Assembly (NCBI GenBank): GCA_965228895.1
Contig: OZ245842.1
Location: 2,240,001-2,304,000, forward strand
Reading direction: 5' to 3'
From: Alphaproteobacteria bacterium
Lineage (GTDB): Bacteria; Pseudomonadota; Alphaproteobacteria; SP197
Length of the DNA: 64,000 bases
Shown here: piece by piece, positions 49,340-58,493 of the stretch
Position numbering within the stretch: the first letter of the stretch is position 1
Layout of the letters: each line of letters opens with the position of its first letter
Position numbers and translations under genes: made by a program
The notes under the pieces: generated by a model
What the model was told of the DNA's origin: nothing
The model's database searches: none
Seen by the model: only the letters and a program-made list of their open reading frames with translations

Positions 49340-49920
49340 ACGAGAATCTTGTCGAGATAGGCGTTGAGGTGCGCGACCTGACGCTCGGCAGGCCACTCCT
49401 TGGCATCGAGCACCGCGCGCAGGCCGATGCCATTGACCAGGGCGACGATCGTCTCGGCCTCGAACGCGATATCGACATCCGGTGCCAGGAGACCGGCGTC
49501 CGCCACCAGGTTCAACCGCTCAACAAGCGTGTTGAACCAGCGCACATGCATGTCGCGCTGGCGGCGGTTCAAAGCGGCGCTTGAGAATGTCCTCGTCCAG
49601 AAACTGTACCAAACTTTGATACCCTCTCGACTCTCCCGGTGGAGCGGCAAGGTTTCGGCAAGGAACCCTCTGAGGTCGACGGGATCTTCCTCGACCGCGC
49701 GCGCCATACGCCGGTTGAGCCGTTGAATGACAAGGTCGAGAGCCGCCAGCATCACCGCATCCTTGTCGGCGAAGTAATGGGTGATGGCGCCGGTCGTGCA
49801 AGCGGCCTGGGCGCCGATATCACCCAGGGTCACGGCGTCGATGCCTTGGCGCGCGATCACTTTACAGGCCGCCGCCGCGATAACTTCTCGTCGCTCGTCG
49901 TGATCAACAACTCGGGGCAT
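49327..49920 (-). CDS. TetR/BetI-family transcriptional regulator
   Basis: 'MPRVVDHDERR', HTH 'VTLGDIGAQAACTTGAITHYFADK'; divergent from the acyl-CoA dehydrogenase operon. Confidence 0.93.
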   Translation of the reverse strand: MPRVVDHDERREVIAAAACKVIARQGIDAVTLGDIGAQAACTTGAITHYFADKDAVMLAALDLVIQRLNRRMARAVEEDPVDLRGFLAETLPLHRESREGIKVWYSFWTRTFSSAALNRRQRDMHVRWFNTLVERLNLVADAGLLAPDVDIAFEAETIVALVNGIGLRAVLDAKEWPAERQVAHLNAYLDKILVQPG

Positions 49921-49937
49921 AGATTTTTACAAAACCA

Positions 49938-49965
49938 AGGTTACATAATAAGGATTATATTATAG
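49938..49965. promoter_or_regulatory. Candidate TetR operator (imperfect AT-rich palindrome)
   Basis: TTACATAAT-AAGG-ATTATATTA inverted repeat in the AT-rich divergent promoter region. Confidence 0.5.
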
Positions 49966-50012
49966 ATTTTGTGGCCGAATCGCAATGTCGGCATCGCAAG
50001 GGAGGCTCAATC

Positions 50013-51182
50013 ATGGACATGGCTCTCAGCAAAGATGATCTGGATGTCCGGGACCGCGCCCGCGAACTTGCCCGGAAGTTCCTGTTTCCGGTCGAAGAGG
50101 AACTTGATGAGAACGACTACTTGCCGCCGGAAAAAGAGCAGGTCATTCACGACGCGGTTCTCGACTATCGCCTGAACGCGATCAATCACAGCCCCAAACA
50201 CGGCGGCCAGGGCATGACGATCGTGCAGCAGTGTATCGTCAACGAGGAGGTCGGTGCCTCAACCGGCGCGTTGTGGGGCCGTGTCTGGCAACCGCCCATG
50301 TGTCTGAAGGACGGTAGCCCGGAGCAGATCGAAAAGTATCTGCTTCCGGCCTGCGCAGGCGACCTGAAGACCGCCTTCTGCACGTCGGAACCGACCGCGG
50401 GTTCGGATGCCGGTGGGGTTCGCACGAACGCGGTCCTGGATGGCAACCAGTACGTCATCAACGGCGAGAAGTGTTTTGCGAGCGGTGCGGAGTATGCCGA
50501 TCTGTCGCTCCTGACCACGATTGTCGACGGCGACTCAGCAAAACCGACCTTGTTCTTGATCGACAAAGGCACGGAAGGTTTCAACATCAGGCGCCTGCCG
50601 CGCTTCTCCCAACGCTCCGGCCATGGCCATCCCGAAGTCGATATCGAGGATATGCGGGTGCCAGCGAGTCAGATCCTCGGCGAGGTTGGTCAGGGTTTCG
50701 AACTGACCAAAGATTGGTTCGTCGAGGCCCGCCTGGCGATCGCCGCCCGCAGCATCGGCATGGCCGTCCGCGCGACCGAGTTGGCCAACGCATGGGCCAA
50801 CGAACGTCAGCAGTTCGGCCAGAAGATCATCGCGTTTCAGGCGGTCGAGTTCATGATCGCCGAGATGGCGACCGACATCATGGCCGGCAAGAGCATGCTC
50901 TATCGCGTCGCCGCCGAGATCGATGCCGGTCTGGACCGCAAGCAGGCCCATGCTAAGGCAAGCGCCATCAAATTGTTCTGCTCGGAAGTCGGATGGCGTG
51001 TGGTCGACAAGGCGGTTCAGATCTTCGGCGGGCGCGGCACCATGTGCGAAAACCCGGTCGAACGGCTCTACCGCGACGTCCGCGTGGAACGCATCTGGGA
51101 GGGCACGTCGGAGATCCAGAAGGTCGTCATCGGCGGCCAAGTCGCCAAGCGCGGGCTGGATATGTATGTCGGCTGGAACTGA
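50013..51182 (+). CDS. Acyl-CoA dehydrogenase
   Basis: 'FCTSEPTAGSDA', 'INGEKCF', 'ERQQFGQKI', 'QIFGGRG', 'RIWEGTSEIQK'. Confidence 0.94.
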   Translation: MDMALSKDDLDVRDRARELARKFLFPVEEELDENDYLPPEKEQVIHDAVLDYRLNAINHSPKHGGQGMTIVQQCIVNEEVGASTGALWGRVWQPPMCLKDGSPEQIEKYLLPACAGDLKTAFCTSEPTAGSDAGGVRTNAVLDGNQYVINGEKCFASGAEYADLSLLTTIVDGDSAKPTLFLIDKGTEGFNIRRLPRFSQRSGHGHPEVDIEDMRVPASQILGEVGQGFELTKDWFVEARLAIAARSIGMAVRATELANAWANERQQFGQKIIAFQAVEFMIAEMATDIMAGKSMLYRVAAEIDAGLDRKQAHAKASAIKLFCSEVGWRVVDKAVQIFGGRGTMCENPVERLYRDVRVERIWEGTSEIQKVVIGGQVAKRGLDMYVGWN

Positions 51183-51270
51183 TGCCCCGCCCTCGCTTCT
51201 TTGATTGACGGCGGGCCACCCCTGCTCTCCCATACTTCCGACATTTACGTTGCCTAGGGCCACGCACTCT

Positions 51271-52443
51271 ATGGACGATCGCTTTACCGATACCGACCGT
51301 GACATCCGCCGTCGCGCGGCTGAGTTCACGGACACGTACCTTATTCCCCTGGAGGAGCCGACCGAGGAACGCGGCGGTCACTGGAGTTGGGCGGAGACCC
51401 AGCACGTGCGCGATGCGGCTGTCGAATACGGCCTCTCCGCCATCAACATCAAGAAGGAGTACGGCGGTCAGGAGTTCACGGTCCTGCAACAAATCCTGGT
51501 GCACGAGGAGATCGGCCGGGCGACTAACGGTCTCTTCGCCCTGCTCCCCTTCCCCCATGTGCCCCTGCAGCACGGCACCAAAGAACAAATCGACGGTTAT
51601 CTACGGCCGATGTGCGCGGGCAAGATTCGCTCGGCGTTTCTGGTGACCGAAGAAGGCGCGGGCTCCGATCCGCGTCAGGTCAAGACGAAAGCGATGCGCA
51701 AGGGCAACGGGTTCGTGGTGACCGGCGAGAAGTGGTTCGCGACATCAGCCGACGTTTCCCAGGTGCAGATCGTCCACGCCCATGTCGACGATGACCCCGG
51801 TCAGCCGACCCTGTTCTTGATCCCGACCGCCCGCGATGGCGTCACCATCAAGGAACTGCCCACCTTCACCCACAACTATGTCTTTGGCCATCCGGTGATG
51901 GCCTTCGACGAGGTCGAGGTCGGCGCCGATGAAATCCTCGGTGAAGTCGGCCAAGGTTACGAGCTGACCAAGGATTGGTTTGTCGAGGCACGGCTTGAGA
52001 TCTGCGCCCACTGCATCGGCCAATCCCGGCGCGCGGCCCTGGTCGCCAACGCCTGGGCCGGTGAGCGTGAGCAGTTCGGTCAGAAGATCCAGGACTTCCA
52101 GGCGATCCGTTTCATGATCGCCGACATGGCCGTCGCCATTTATGCCATGCAGAGCATGGTCTATCGCCTGGCCGGTGACATTGACCGCGGAATCGACCGC
52201 AAGACCGCACATGCCCAGGCGAGCGCCGCCAAGCTGTTTTGTTCCGAACAAGCCGGCAAGGTCGTCGACGGCGCCGTCCAGATCCTGGGCGGACGCGGCT
52301 ACATGCGCAAGAATCCGGTCGAACGCCTTTATCGCGATGTGCGTGTCGAGCGCATTTGGGAGGGCACCTCCGAGGTGCAGCGCGATGTTATCGGCCGCAT
52401 GGTCGCCAAGCGCGGCCTGGGCCGTTACAGCCTGTGGGACTGA
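51271..52443 (+). CDS. Acyl-CoA dehydrogenase (tandem paralog)
   Basis: 'VTEEGAGSDP', 'TGEKWF', 'EREQFGQKI', 'QILGGRGY', 'RIWEGTSEVQR'. Confidence 0.94.
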   Translation: MDDRFTDTDRDIRRRAAEFTDTYLIPLEEPTEERGGHWSWAETQHVRDAAVEYGLSAINIKKEYGGQEFTVLQQILVHEEIGRATNGLFALLPFPHVPLQHGTKEQIDGYLRPMCAGKIRSAFLVTEEGAGSDPRQVKTKAMRKGNGFVVTGEKWFATSADVSQVQIVHAHVDDDPGQPTLFLIPTARDGVTIKELPTFTHNYVFGHPVMAFDEVEVGADEILGEVGQGYELTKDWFVEARLEICAHCIGQSRRAALVANAWAGEREQFGQKIQDFQAIRFMIADMAVAIYAMQSMVYRLAGDIDRGIDRKTAHAQASAAKLFCSEQAGKVVDGAVQILGGRGYMRKNPVERLYRDVRVERIWEGTSEVQRDVIGRMVAKRGLGRYSLWD

Positions 52444-52445
52444 CC

Positions 52446-53696
52446 ATGAAACATCCGGAGTCGCTCAAGGAGATCGTCGAAAACGGCCTTTGCGTCGGCT
52501 GTGGTCTCTGCCAGTCGATCGCCGGGACCGACCGCGTCGAGATGACCATGGTCGACCCGCCGGGCCGGTTGCGGCCGCGTATCAAGGCGCCTCTCGACGA
52601 CGAGACGGAAAAGACCATCCTGGCGGCCTGCCCGGGTGCGTTGATCGACGAGCCCGTCGAAACCGATCGCCATGGCGCCGACGTAAAGGTCGACGCTTCC
52701 TTCGGTCCGTGGCGCCGCGTTTGGAAGGGCCATGCGAGCGAGCCCGAAATTCATCACATGGCATCGTCAGGAGGCTCGCTGACCGCGCTCGGTATCTTCC
52801 TTTTGGAGACCGGCAAGGTCGACTTCGTGCTGCACGTCGCCGCGTCAAAAGAAAAGCCCATGCGGACTGAACGACACTTGTCGTTCGATCGTGCTCAGGT
52901 TCTTGAAGGCGCGGGATCGCGTTATGGCCCTTCGTCGCCCTTGATCGATTTCACCGATCAGCTCGACAAGGGCAAACCCTTCGCGGTGATCGGCAAACCC
53001 TGCGACATCTCCGGCGTCCACAACATGCGCAAGGTCGATCCGCGCGTCGACGAGCTCGTCAAGTACACGATGGCGTTTTCCTGCGGCACGTTTGCCGATC
53101 TGCAGTGTTCACGCTGGATGCTGGATCGCCAGGGCGTCCCTGGCGGTGAGGAGAACCTCTCGCTGTTCCGTTACCGTGGTTATGGCTGTCCCGGGCCGAC
53201 GCGCGCGGTGACGAAGGACGGCCAGGTCTTCGACGAACCCTATCTGGATTTCTGGTATGGCCCGCACGGCTGGACCCACCAGTTCCGCTGCAAGATCTGC
53301 CCCGACCCGACCGGTGAAATGACGGATATCTCAATCTCCGATGCCTGGCCGGGCGGCGGACCGACCGAAGAAGAATGGGGTGGTTACAGCCTCTTCATCA
53401 GCCGCACGCTGAGGGGCGATGCGCTGATGCAAGAGGCGATCGATGCAGGCGCGATAACCGTCGAACCAAGCGACATGACGGCGCTCCATGATTGCCAGCC
53501 ACACCAGGCGGTCAAGAAAGACGGTATGAACGCGCGTCTTCAAGCCATCGAGGACGAAGGCGGCGTTGGCCCAGTCTATCGCCATGTCCGATTGGACGAA
53601 GCGGCGGCCCAACGGGACGGCGTGTTCTATGAGGAGAACCGGGCGGGCACGCGCGAGCGGATTCGAAAAGGTGTCAACCGTGAATCACTCCCCTGA
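52446..53696 (+). CDS. FrhB/FdhB-family Fe-S flavoprotein (F420 hydrogenase beta-subunit-like) with N-terminal ferredoxin motif
   Basis: 'LCVGCGLC...CPG', 'SSGGSLTAL', 'AGSRYGP', 'GKPCD', 'RCKICPD.TGEMTDISISDAW'. Confidence 0.88.
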   Translation: MKHPESLKEIVENGLCVGCGLCQSIAGTDRVEMTMVDPPGRLRPRIKAPLDDETEKTILAACPGALIDEPVETDRHGADVKVDASFGPWRRVWKGHASEPEIHHMASSGGSLTALGIFLLETGKVDFVLHVAASKEKPMRTERHLSFDRAQVLEGAGSRYGPSSPLIDFTDQLDKGKPFAVIGKPCDISGVHNMRKVDPRVDELVKYTMAFSCGTFADLQCSRWMLDRQGVPGGEENLSLFRYRGYGCPGPTRAVTKDGQVFDEPYLDFWYGPHGWTHQFRCKICPDPTGEMTDISISDAWPGGGPTEEEWGGYSLFISRTLRGDALMQEAIDAGAITVEPSDMTALHDCQPHQAVKKDGMNARLQAIEDEGGVGPVYRHVRLDEAAAQRDGVFYEENRAGTRERIRKGVNRESLP

Positions 53697-55800
53697 CCTC
53701 CCCATCCCTGATGCCCGCACCGTCCGGCGCGGCAACCTCAATCGCCTGCTCAAAGCACGAAGCCTTGTCTTCATTGGCGGCTCGGCGATGCGCGGCGGCG
53801 TCGCCTATTGTCGGGAGATGGGGTTTGACGGCGACGTATGGGTCGTCAATCCGACCTATGACGAGATCGGCGGCGTTGACTGTGTGCCATCGCTGCAGGA
53901 TCTTCCCGCTACACCGGATGCAGCGTTTCTTGCCGTCAACACGGAGCGTGCGATTGCCGTCACAGCGGAGCTCGCCGCCATGGGCGTGCCCGCGACTGTC
54001 TGCTACACCGCTGGTTTCGCCGAAGTCGATGAAGGGCGATTGCAAGCAGACCTGATTGAAGCGGCTGGCGATACCATGGCTGTCGTCGGTCCGAACTGCA
54101 TCGGAATCGTCAACTACTTCGACCGTGTGCCCGTGGCGATCGGCAATCACGGTATCGAACAGGCGGAGCGTGGCATCGCGGTGATCGCGCAAAGCGGCAC
54201 GATCACCATCAACATCGTCGGCAGCGACCGCTCGTTGCCGATCGGATACCTGCTCAGCATCGGCAATCAGGCCGTCATGGATATGGCTGACTATATCGAC
54301 GTGGTCGCCGATGACCCCCGTGTCTCTGCCATCGTGCTCTATGTCGAGGCGATCACGGATGTCCGCGCCTTTGCTGCGGCGGCCGCGAAAGCGTTTCACA
54401 AGGGCATCCCCATAGTCGCCCTGAAGGCTGGCATGTCGGAAACCGGCCGACGCATTGCCCTGAGCCACACCGGCTCCATGGCCGGCGCGCCGGAGCTTTA
54501 TCGGGCGTTGTTCGATCGTTTGGGCATCATCAGCGTCGCGTCGTTCTCCGAATTGCTGGAGGCCGTTAAGATTCTGGCCATGGATGCCGAGCCAGCCGGC
54601 AACCGACTGACGATCGAAACGTGCTCGGGAACCGATTCAGGCTATTGCGCCGATCTCGCCGAACGATACGGCATCGATTTGCCGCAGCCGGAAGGTGCGG
54701 TGAAGGAGGCGTTGCGCGCGGTGATTCCACCGATTGCCACGCCGATGAACCCGGTTGACGTAACGATGGTGCAGTGGACCGACCGTGAGGCACAGGCAAC
54801 GTCGTTGCTGACGCTTCTGCAGCAACCGAGCGACGCGGCGGCCTTGATCATCAACTTCCCGCGGGCTGTCTGGAAAGACACCTACATGCCCGCGATCAAC
54901 GCGATGATTGACGTCAAAGCCAAGACGTCCTTGCCCTGTTTTGTCATTTCGAACCTGGCCGAAGGTTTGCCGCAAGATGTGCGCGAGCATCTGATCGCCG
55001 ATGGCGTGGTACCGCTTCAAGGCATCGAAGACGGCCTTGCCGCGTTTGGCCGTATTGCCAATCACGTTCCACGCTGGAATGCGTTGCGCGAACACGGAGG
55101 CCCTGACGCAAGACTGCTGGATGGGCCGCCCGATGGCGGCGCCATGACGGCCCACGATGAATGGGCCAGTAAGGCCTGGCTGAAAAACGCCGGTATCGAA
55201 ACACCCGACGGACGGTTTGTCGCCGATGCGCGTGCAGCGGCCGCCGCGGCTGCCGACATCGGTTTCCCGGTTGCGCTTAAGGCGGCAGGCTCCACGTTGC
55301 AGCACAAGTCCGATGTCGGTGCTGTCGCCCTGGGTCTCGCTGATTCCGCGACCGTCGCAAACGTCGCGCAGGCGATGGCCGATGACGTTCCGGGTGTTGA
55401 GGGGTTCCTTGTCGAATCGATGGTTGGTGATGCGGTCGTTGAACTCATCGTCGGTCTGCGCCGTGATCCGCTGTTCGGCATGTCGCTGCTGATTGGCGCC
55501 GGCGGTATCTTCACCGAACTGATGCGCGACGTCGGCCATCTGCTGCTGCCGGTATCGCGCCAGGACATCCGCGCCGCCATCGAGGGTCTGAAAATCGCCC
55601 CCCTGTTGCATGGCTTTCGCGGGCGGCCGCCAGGTGACATCAACGCGCTGGTCGAGAGTATTCTCGGGTTGGTGTCTCATGTCGAAGCACACGGCCAGCA
55701 TGTCCTCGAGCTGGACATCAATCCGCTGCTGGTCCGCGCAGCCGGTCACGGGGTTGTTGCTGTCGATGCCTTGCTGATAACCCAGGACCCCGAACCATGA
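53680..55800 (+). CDS. ADP-forming acetate/acyl-CoA ligase (fused alpha-beta)
   Basis: CoA-binding region 'GPNCIG', 'AQSGT', 'GNQA', phospho-His 'SHTGSMAG', ATP-grasp 'HKSDVGAV...ELDINPL'. Start uncertain (GTG 53671 or 53680). Confidence 0.9.
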   Translation: MNHSPDLPIPDARTVRRGNLNRLLKARSLVFIGGSAMRGGVAYCREMGFDGDVWVVNPTYDEIGGVDCVPSLQDLPATPDAAFLAVNTERAIAVTAELAAMGVPATVCYTAGFAEVDEGRLQADLIEAAGDTMAVVGPNCIGIVNYFDRVPVAIGNHGIEQAERGIAVIAQSGTITINIVGSDRSLPIGYLLSIGNQAVMDMADYIDVVADDPRVSAIVLYVEAITDVRAFAAAAAKAFHKGIPIVALKAGMSETGRRIALSHTGSMAGAPELYRALFDRLGIISVASFSELLEAVKILAMDAEPAGNRLTIETCSGTDSGYCADLAERYGIDLPQPEGAVKEALRAVIPPIATPMNPVDVTMVQWTDREAQATSLLTLLQQPSDAAALIINFPRAVWKDTYMPAINAMIDVKAKTSLPCFVISNLAEGLPQDVREHLIADGVVPLQGIEDGLAAFGRIANHVPRWNALREHGGPDARLLDGPPDGGAMTAHDEWASKAWLKNAGIETPDGRFVADARAAAAAAADIGFPVALKAAGSTLQHKSDVGAVALGLADSATVANVAQAMADDVPGVEGFLVESMVGDAVVELIVGLRRDPLFGMSLLIGAGGIFTELMRDVGHLLLPVSRQDIRAAIEGLKIAPLLHGFRGRPPGDINALVESILGLVSHVEAHGQHVLELDINPLLVRAAGHGVVAVDALLITQDPEP

Positions 55801-56588
55801 CCGTTCCTGAGATCTTTGCGCCAGGCCTCTTCACCGGCCGGCATGCCGTGGTGACCGGTGGCGGCACCGGCATCGGCCTGGCCATTGCGCATGAGCTCGG
55901 TCGGCTGGGCGCGCGCGTCACGCTTGCCGCGCGGGACGAAACGCGCCTTGCCCGCGCCGCTGACGAACTGCGGCAAGACGGCATCGACGCCGCTTGGTAC
56001 GGCCTGAACATTCGCGACGGCGACGCGGTCAAGGCCTTTTGGACGCGTGTGCGCGACGAACGCGGTCTCCCAGACTTTCTGGTCAACAACGCCGGTGGCC
56101 AGTTTGGTGCGAAGGCCATCGATATCTCGCCCAACGGCTTCCGCGCCGTCATGGATCTTAACGTCCAGGGCACGTGGCAGATGTGCCATGCCTTTGCCTC
56201 TGATCTGATCGAAGCCGGCAAACCCGGCCGTATCGTCAACATCGTTTTTGCCCATACCCAGGCGATGCCCTATTTCGTCCACGCCGCCGCGGCGCGTGCC
56301 GCCGTCGTCAACATGACGCAGACCCTGGCGCTGGAGTGGGGTGAGCACGGCATTCTGGTGAACGCGGTCGGACCCGGCCCGGTCAAGACCGAGGCGGTCG
56401 AACAATATACCGACGCCATGAGCGGTGATCGCGTCATAGCGAAGATGCCCGTGCCACGCTGGGGTGAACCCCACGAGACCGCTTATGCCGTCGCGTTTCT
56501 GCTGTCGCCCGCCGGTGACTGGATTACCGGGATCCTGCTGCCCGTTGATGGTGGCGGCCAGCTTGCGGGTCGACGTTTCGACGGATGA
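55797..56588 (+). CDS. SDR oxidoreductase (2,4-dienoyl-CoA / trans-2-enoyl-CoA reductase-like)
   Basis: 'VTGGGTGIG', 'VNNAGGQF..KAIDISPNGF', 'HAAAARAAVVNMTQTLALEW'. Confidence 0.88.
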   Translation: MTVPEIFAPGLFTGRHAVVTGGGTGIGLAIAHELGRLGARVTLAARDETRLARAADELRQDGIDAAWYGLNIRDGDAVKAFWTRVRDERGLPDFLVNNAGGQFGAKAIDISPNGFRAVMDLNVQGTWQMCHAFASDLIEAGKPGRIVNIVFAHTQAMPYFVHAAAARAAVVNMTQTLALEWGEHGILVNAVGPGPVKTEAVEQYTDAMSGDRVIAKMPVPRWGEPHETAYAVAFLLSPAGDWITGILLPVDGGGQLAGRRFDG

Positions 56589-56742
56589 TGCAGCCGTTCA
56601 GGCTCTGTGGTGCCACGAGCGCTTGGCGATCCCGCAGAGCCCACCCGCCATCAGCACGTGAGGCATTTGGGTTGACGAATCCTGGTGTGGCTGCAATGCA
56701 GAGGCCGAGGGTTGTTGACGCTACCAAGGGGCCGTGACGTCG

Positions 56743-56934
56743 ATGAAACAGGTGGTCTTCGTGGTTTCGCTGGCTTTGTTGGCTGGTGCGTGCAGTTTTC
56801 CCAACGCATTTTCGGCAGCCGACCGCAAGTACTACCGGGCCAATGTGTGCACGCAATACCTGTCGCCTGAATCGACCACACCCAATCTTGCGGGACGCGG
56901 CAGATCCTGTGTCGTGAACTCCCGCAATCAATGA
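56743..56934 (+). CDS. Small predicted lipoprotein
   Basis: 'MKQVVFVVSLALLAGAC' signal and lipobox, followed by about 46 residues containing two more Cys; SD AAGGGG upstream. Confidence 0.6.
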   Translation: MKQVVFVVSLALLAGACSFPNAFSAADRKYYRANVCTQYLSPESTTPNLAGRGRSCVVNSRNQ

Positions 56935-56935
56935 T

Positions 56936-58354
56936 ATGGGCGCACCTCGCGGTGGCCCTCAGTCCGAAGCGCGATCAAGCGTCTGGCTCAATGACGCTTT
57001 GGCGACCGAGAATGGCGGGCATGTAACGCCGCTGGACGGTTCGGTGCGCGCCGACATTTGCATTGTCGGCGGTGGCTACACCGGATTGTGGACGGCTCTG
57101 GAGCTCAAGGCGCGGGATCCCGCTCTCGACATCGTGGTTCTGGAAAAGGACCTTTGTGGATCCGGCGGCAGTGGCGCCAATGCCGGTTATGCGCTGTCGA
57201 TCTGGCTGCAGTTTCCCCTGCTCGACAAAATGTATGGCACCGAGGAGGCGCTGCGCTTATGCCGCGCCAGCGACGATGAACTATCTGCTATCGGGTCATT
57301 TAGCCAAGAGCACGGCATCGATACGCAGTTCAACCGGCAGGGCGCGATCTGGGGCGCGACGTGCGAGGCCCAGTCAGGCCACTGGAACCCCATGCTGGAG
57401 AGCCTGGAACGTCATCAGGTCCGCCACTACAAACGCGTTGATCGCGATGAGATCGCGGCGATGACAGGCACCACCGCCCATGTTGCCGGCGTGCTTGATC
57501 GCTCGGCCGCGATGATCCAGCCGGCGATGCTGGCGCGCGGGCTCCGTCGCGTTGCGCTTGAGCAAGGCGTCAGGGTCCATGAAAACTCGCCGATGGTCAG
57601 GCTTGAGAGGAAGCGCCCACCTGAGGTGGTGACGCCGCGCGGTACCGTCACCGCCGACAAGGTCATCCTGGCGCTTTATGCCTGGTCCCTGGGTGTGCGC
57701 GAGTTACGCTCAAGCATCATGGTGATTTGCACCGATGCGGCGATGACGGCGCCGGTACCAGACGCCTTGGACGACCTGGGATGGCGCAGCGGACCGGCTT
57801 TGATGGACTCGCGGACCTTTGTCGAAGCCTATCGCACCACGGAGAACGGACGGGTCATGTGGACCAAGTCCGGCGGTGCGATGCCCTATGGCGACCGGGT
57901 CGATCCCTGCCTGAAGGATATCTCGCGCCCGCTCGATGATCTGCGCCAGGTTCTCCACGCACCCTACCCTGGCCTGTCGGGTCGTCCGGTAACGGGCACC
58001 TGGGCGGGACCCATCGACCGAACGCGCGACGGTCTTCCCATGTTCGGTGCCTTATCGTCAGCGCCCGATATTCTCTATGGCTACGGCTATTCCGGCGCCG
58101 GGATCGTGTTCTCCAAGCTGGGTAGCCACATTCTGGCGTCCCTGGCACTGGAGACTGAGGACGCCTGGTCGCGTGGCGGTCTGGTCAGGCCGGTTCAGGG
58201 CGGTTTTCCCCGCGAACCCGCGCGTTACGTGGGCGCCCACATGGTCCGCGCCGCAATCGCCCGCAAGGATCGCCTGGACCATGAAGGCCGTGAGGTCGGC
58301 CCGATCACCCGAGGACTGCTCAAGTTCAAGCCGCAGAGCTACAAGCCGACTTAG
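56936..58354 (+). CDS. FAD-dependent oxidoreductase, DAO/glycine-oxidase family (PuuB-like)
   Basis: 'IVGGGYTGLWTA', 'GGSGANAG', 'QPAMLARGL', 'WAGPIDRT', 'GYSGAG'. Confidence 0.88.
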   Translation: MGAPRGGPQSEARSSVWLNDALATENGGHVTPLDGSVRADICIVGGGYTGLWTALELKARDPALDIVVLEKDLCGSGGSGANAGYALSIWLQFPLLDKMYGTEEALRLCRASDDELSAIGSFSQEHGIDTQFNRQGAIWGATCEAQSGHWNPMLESLERHQVRHYKRVDRDEIAAMTGTTAHVAGVLDRSAAMIQPAMLARGLRRVALEQGVRVHENSPMVRLERKRPPEVVTPRGTVTADKVILALYAWSLGVRELRSSIMVICTDAAMTAPVPDALDDLGWRSGPALMDSRTFVEAYRTTENGRVMWTKSGGAMPYGDRVDPCLKDISRPLDDLRQVLHAPYPGLSGRPVTGTWAGPIDRTRDGLPMFGALSSAPDILYGYGYSGAGIVFSKLGSHILASLALETEDAWSRGGLVRPVQGGFPREPARYVGAHMVRAAIARKDRLDHEGREVGPITRGLLKFKPQSYKPT

Positions 58355-58493
58355 AGCGTCGGGGTGCATGTTCGTCACGCCCCTTCTTTGGAGCGTGTGC
58401 CAATGCTTAGCTTTGATTGGACATCACGGGTTCGTGAGACTATGTTGAACCTCAAGAACAGGGCCTAACCATCGGGCCGAACAGAGGTTTTCG

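Noticed and set aside
52446-53696. Evidence for F420 metabolism or a hydrogenase
   Set aside because: No NiFe subunits or cof/fbi genes are in the window, and FrhB-fold proteins also work without F420.
56598-56645. Hairpin GGCTCTGTGG...CCGCAGAGCC after the SDR gene
   Set aside because: Imperfect stem with no U-tract and no second copy found; not enough to call a terminator, repeat or sRNA.
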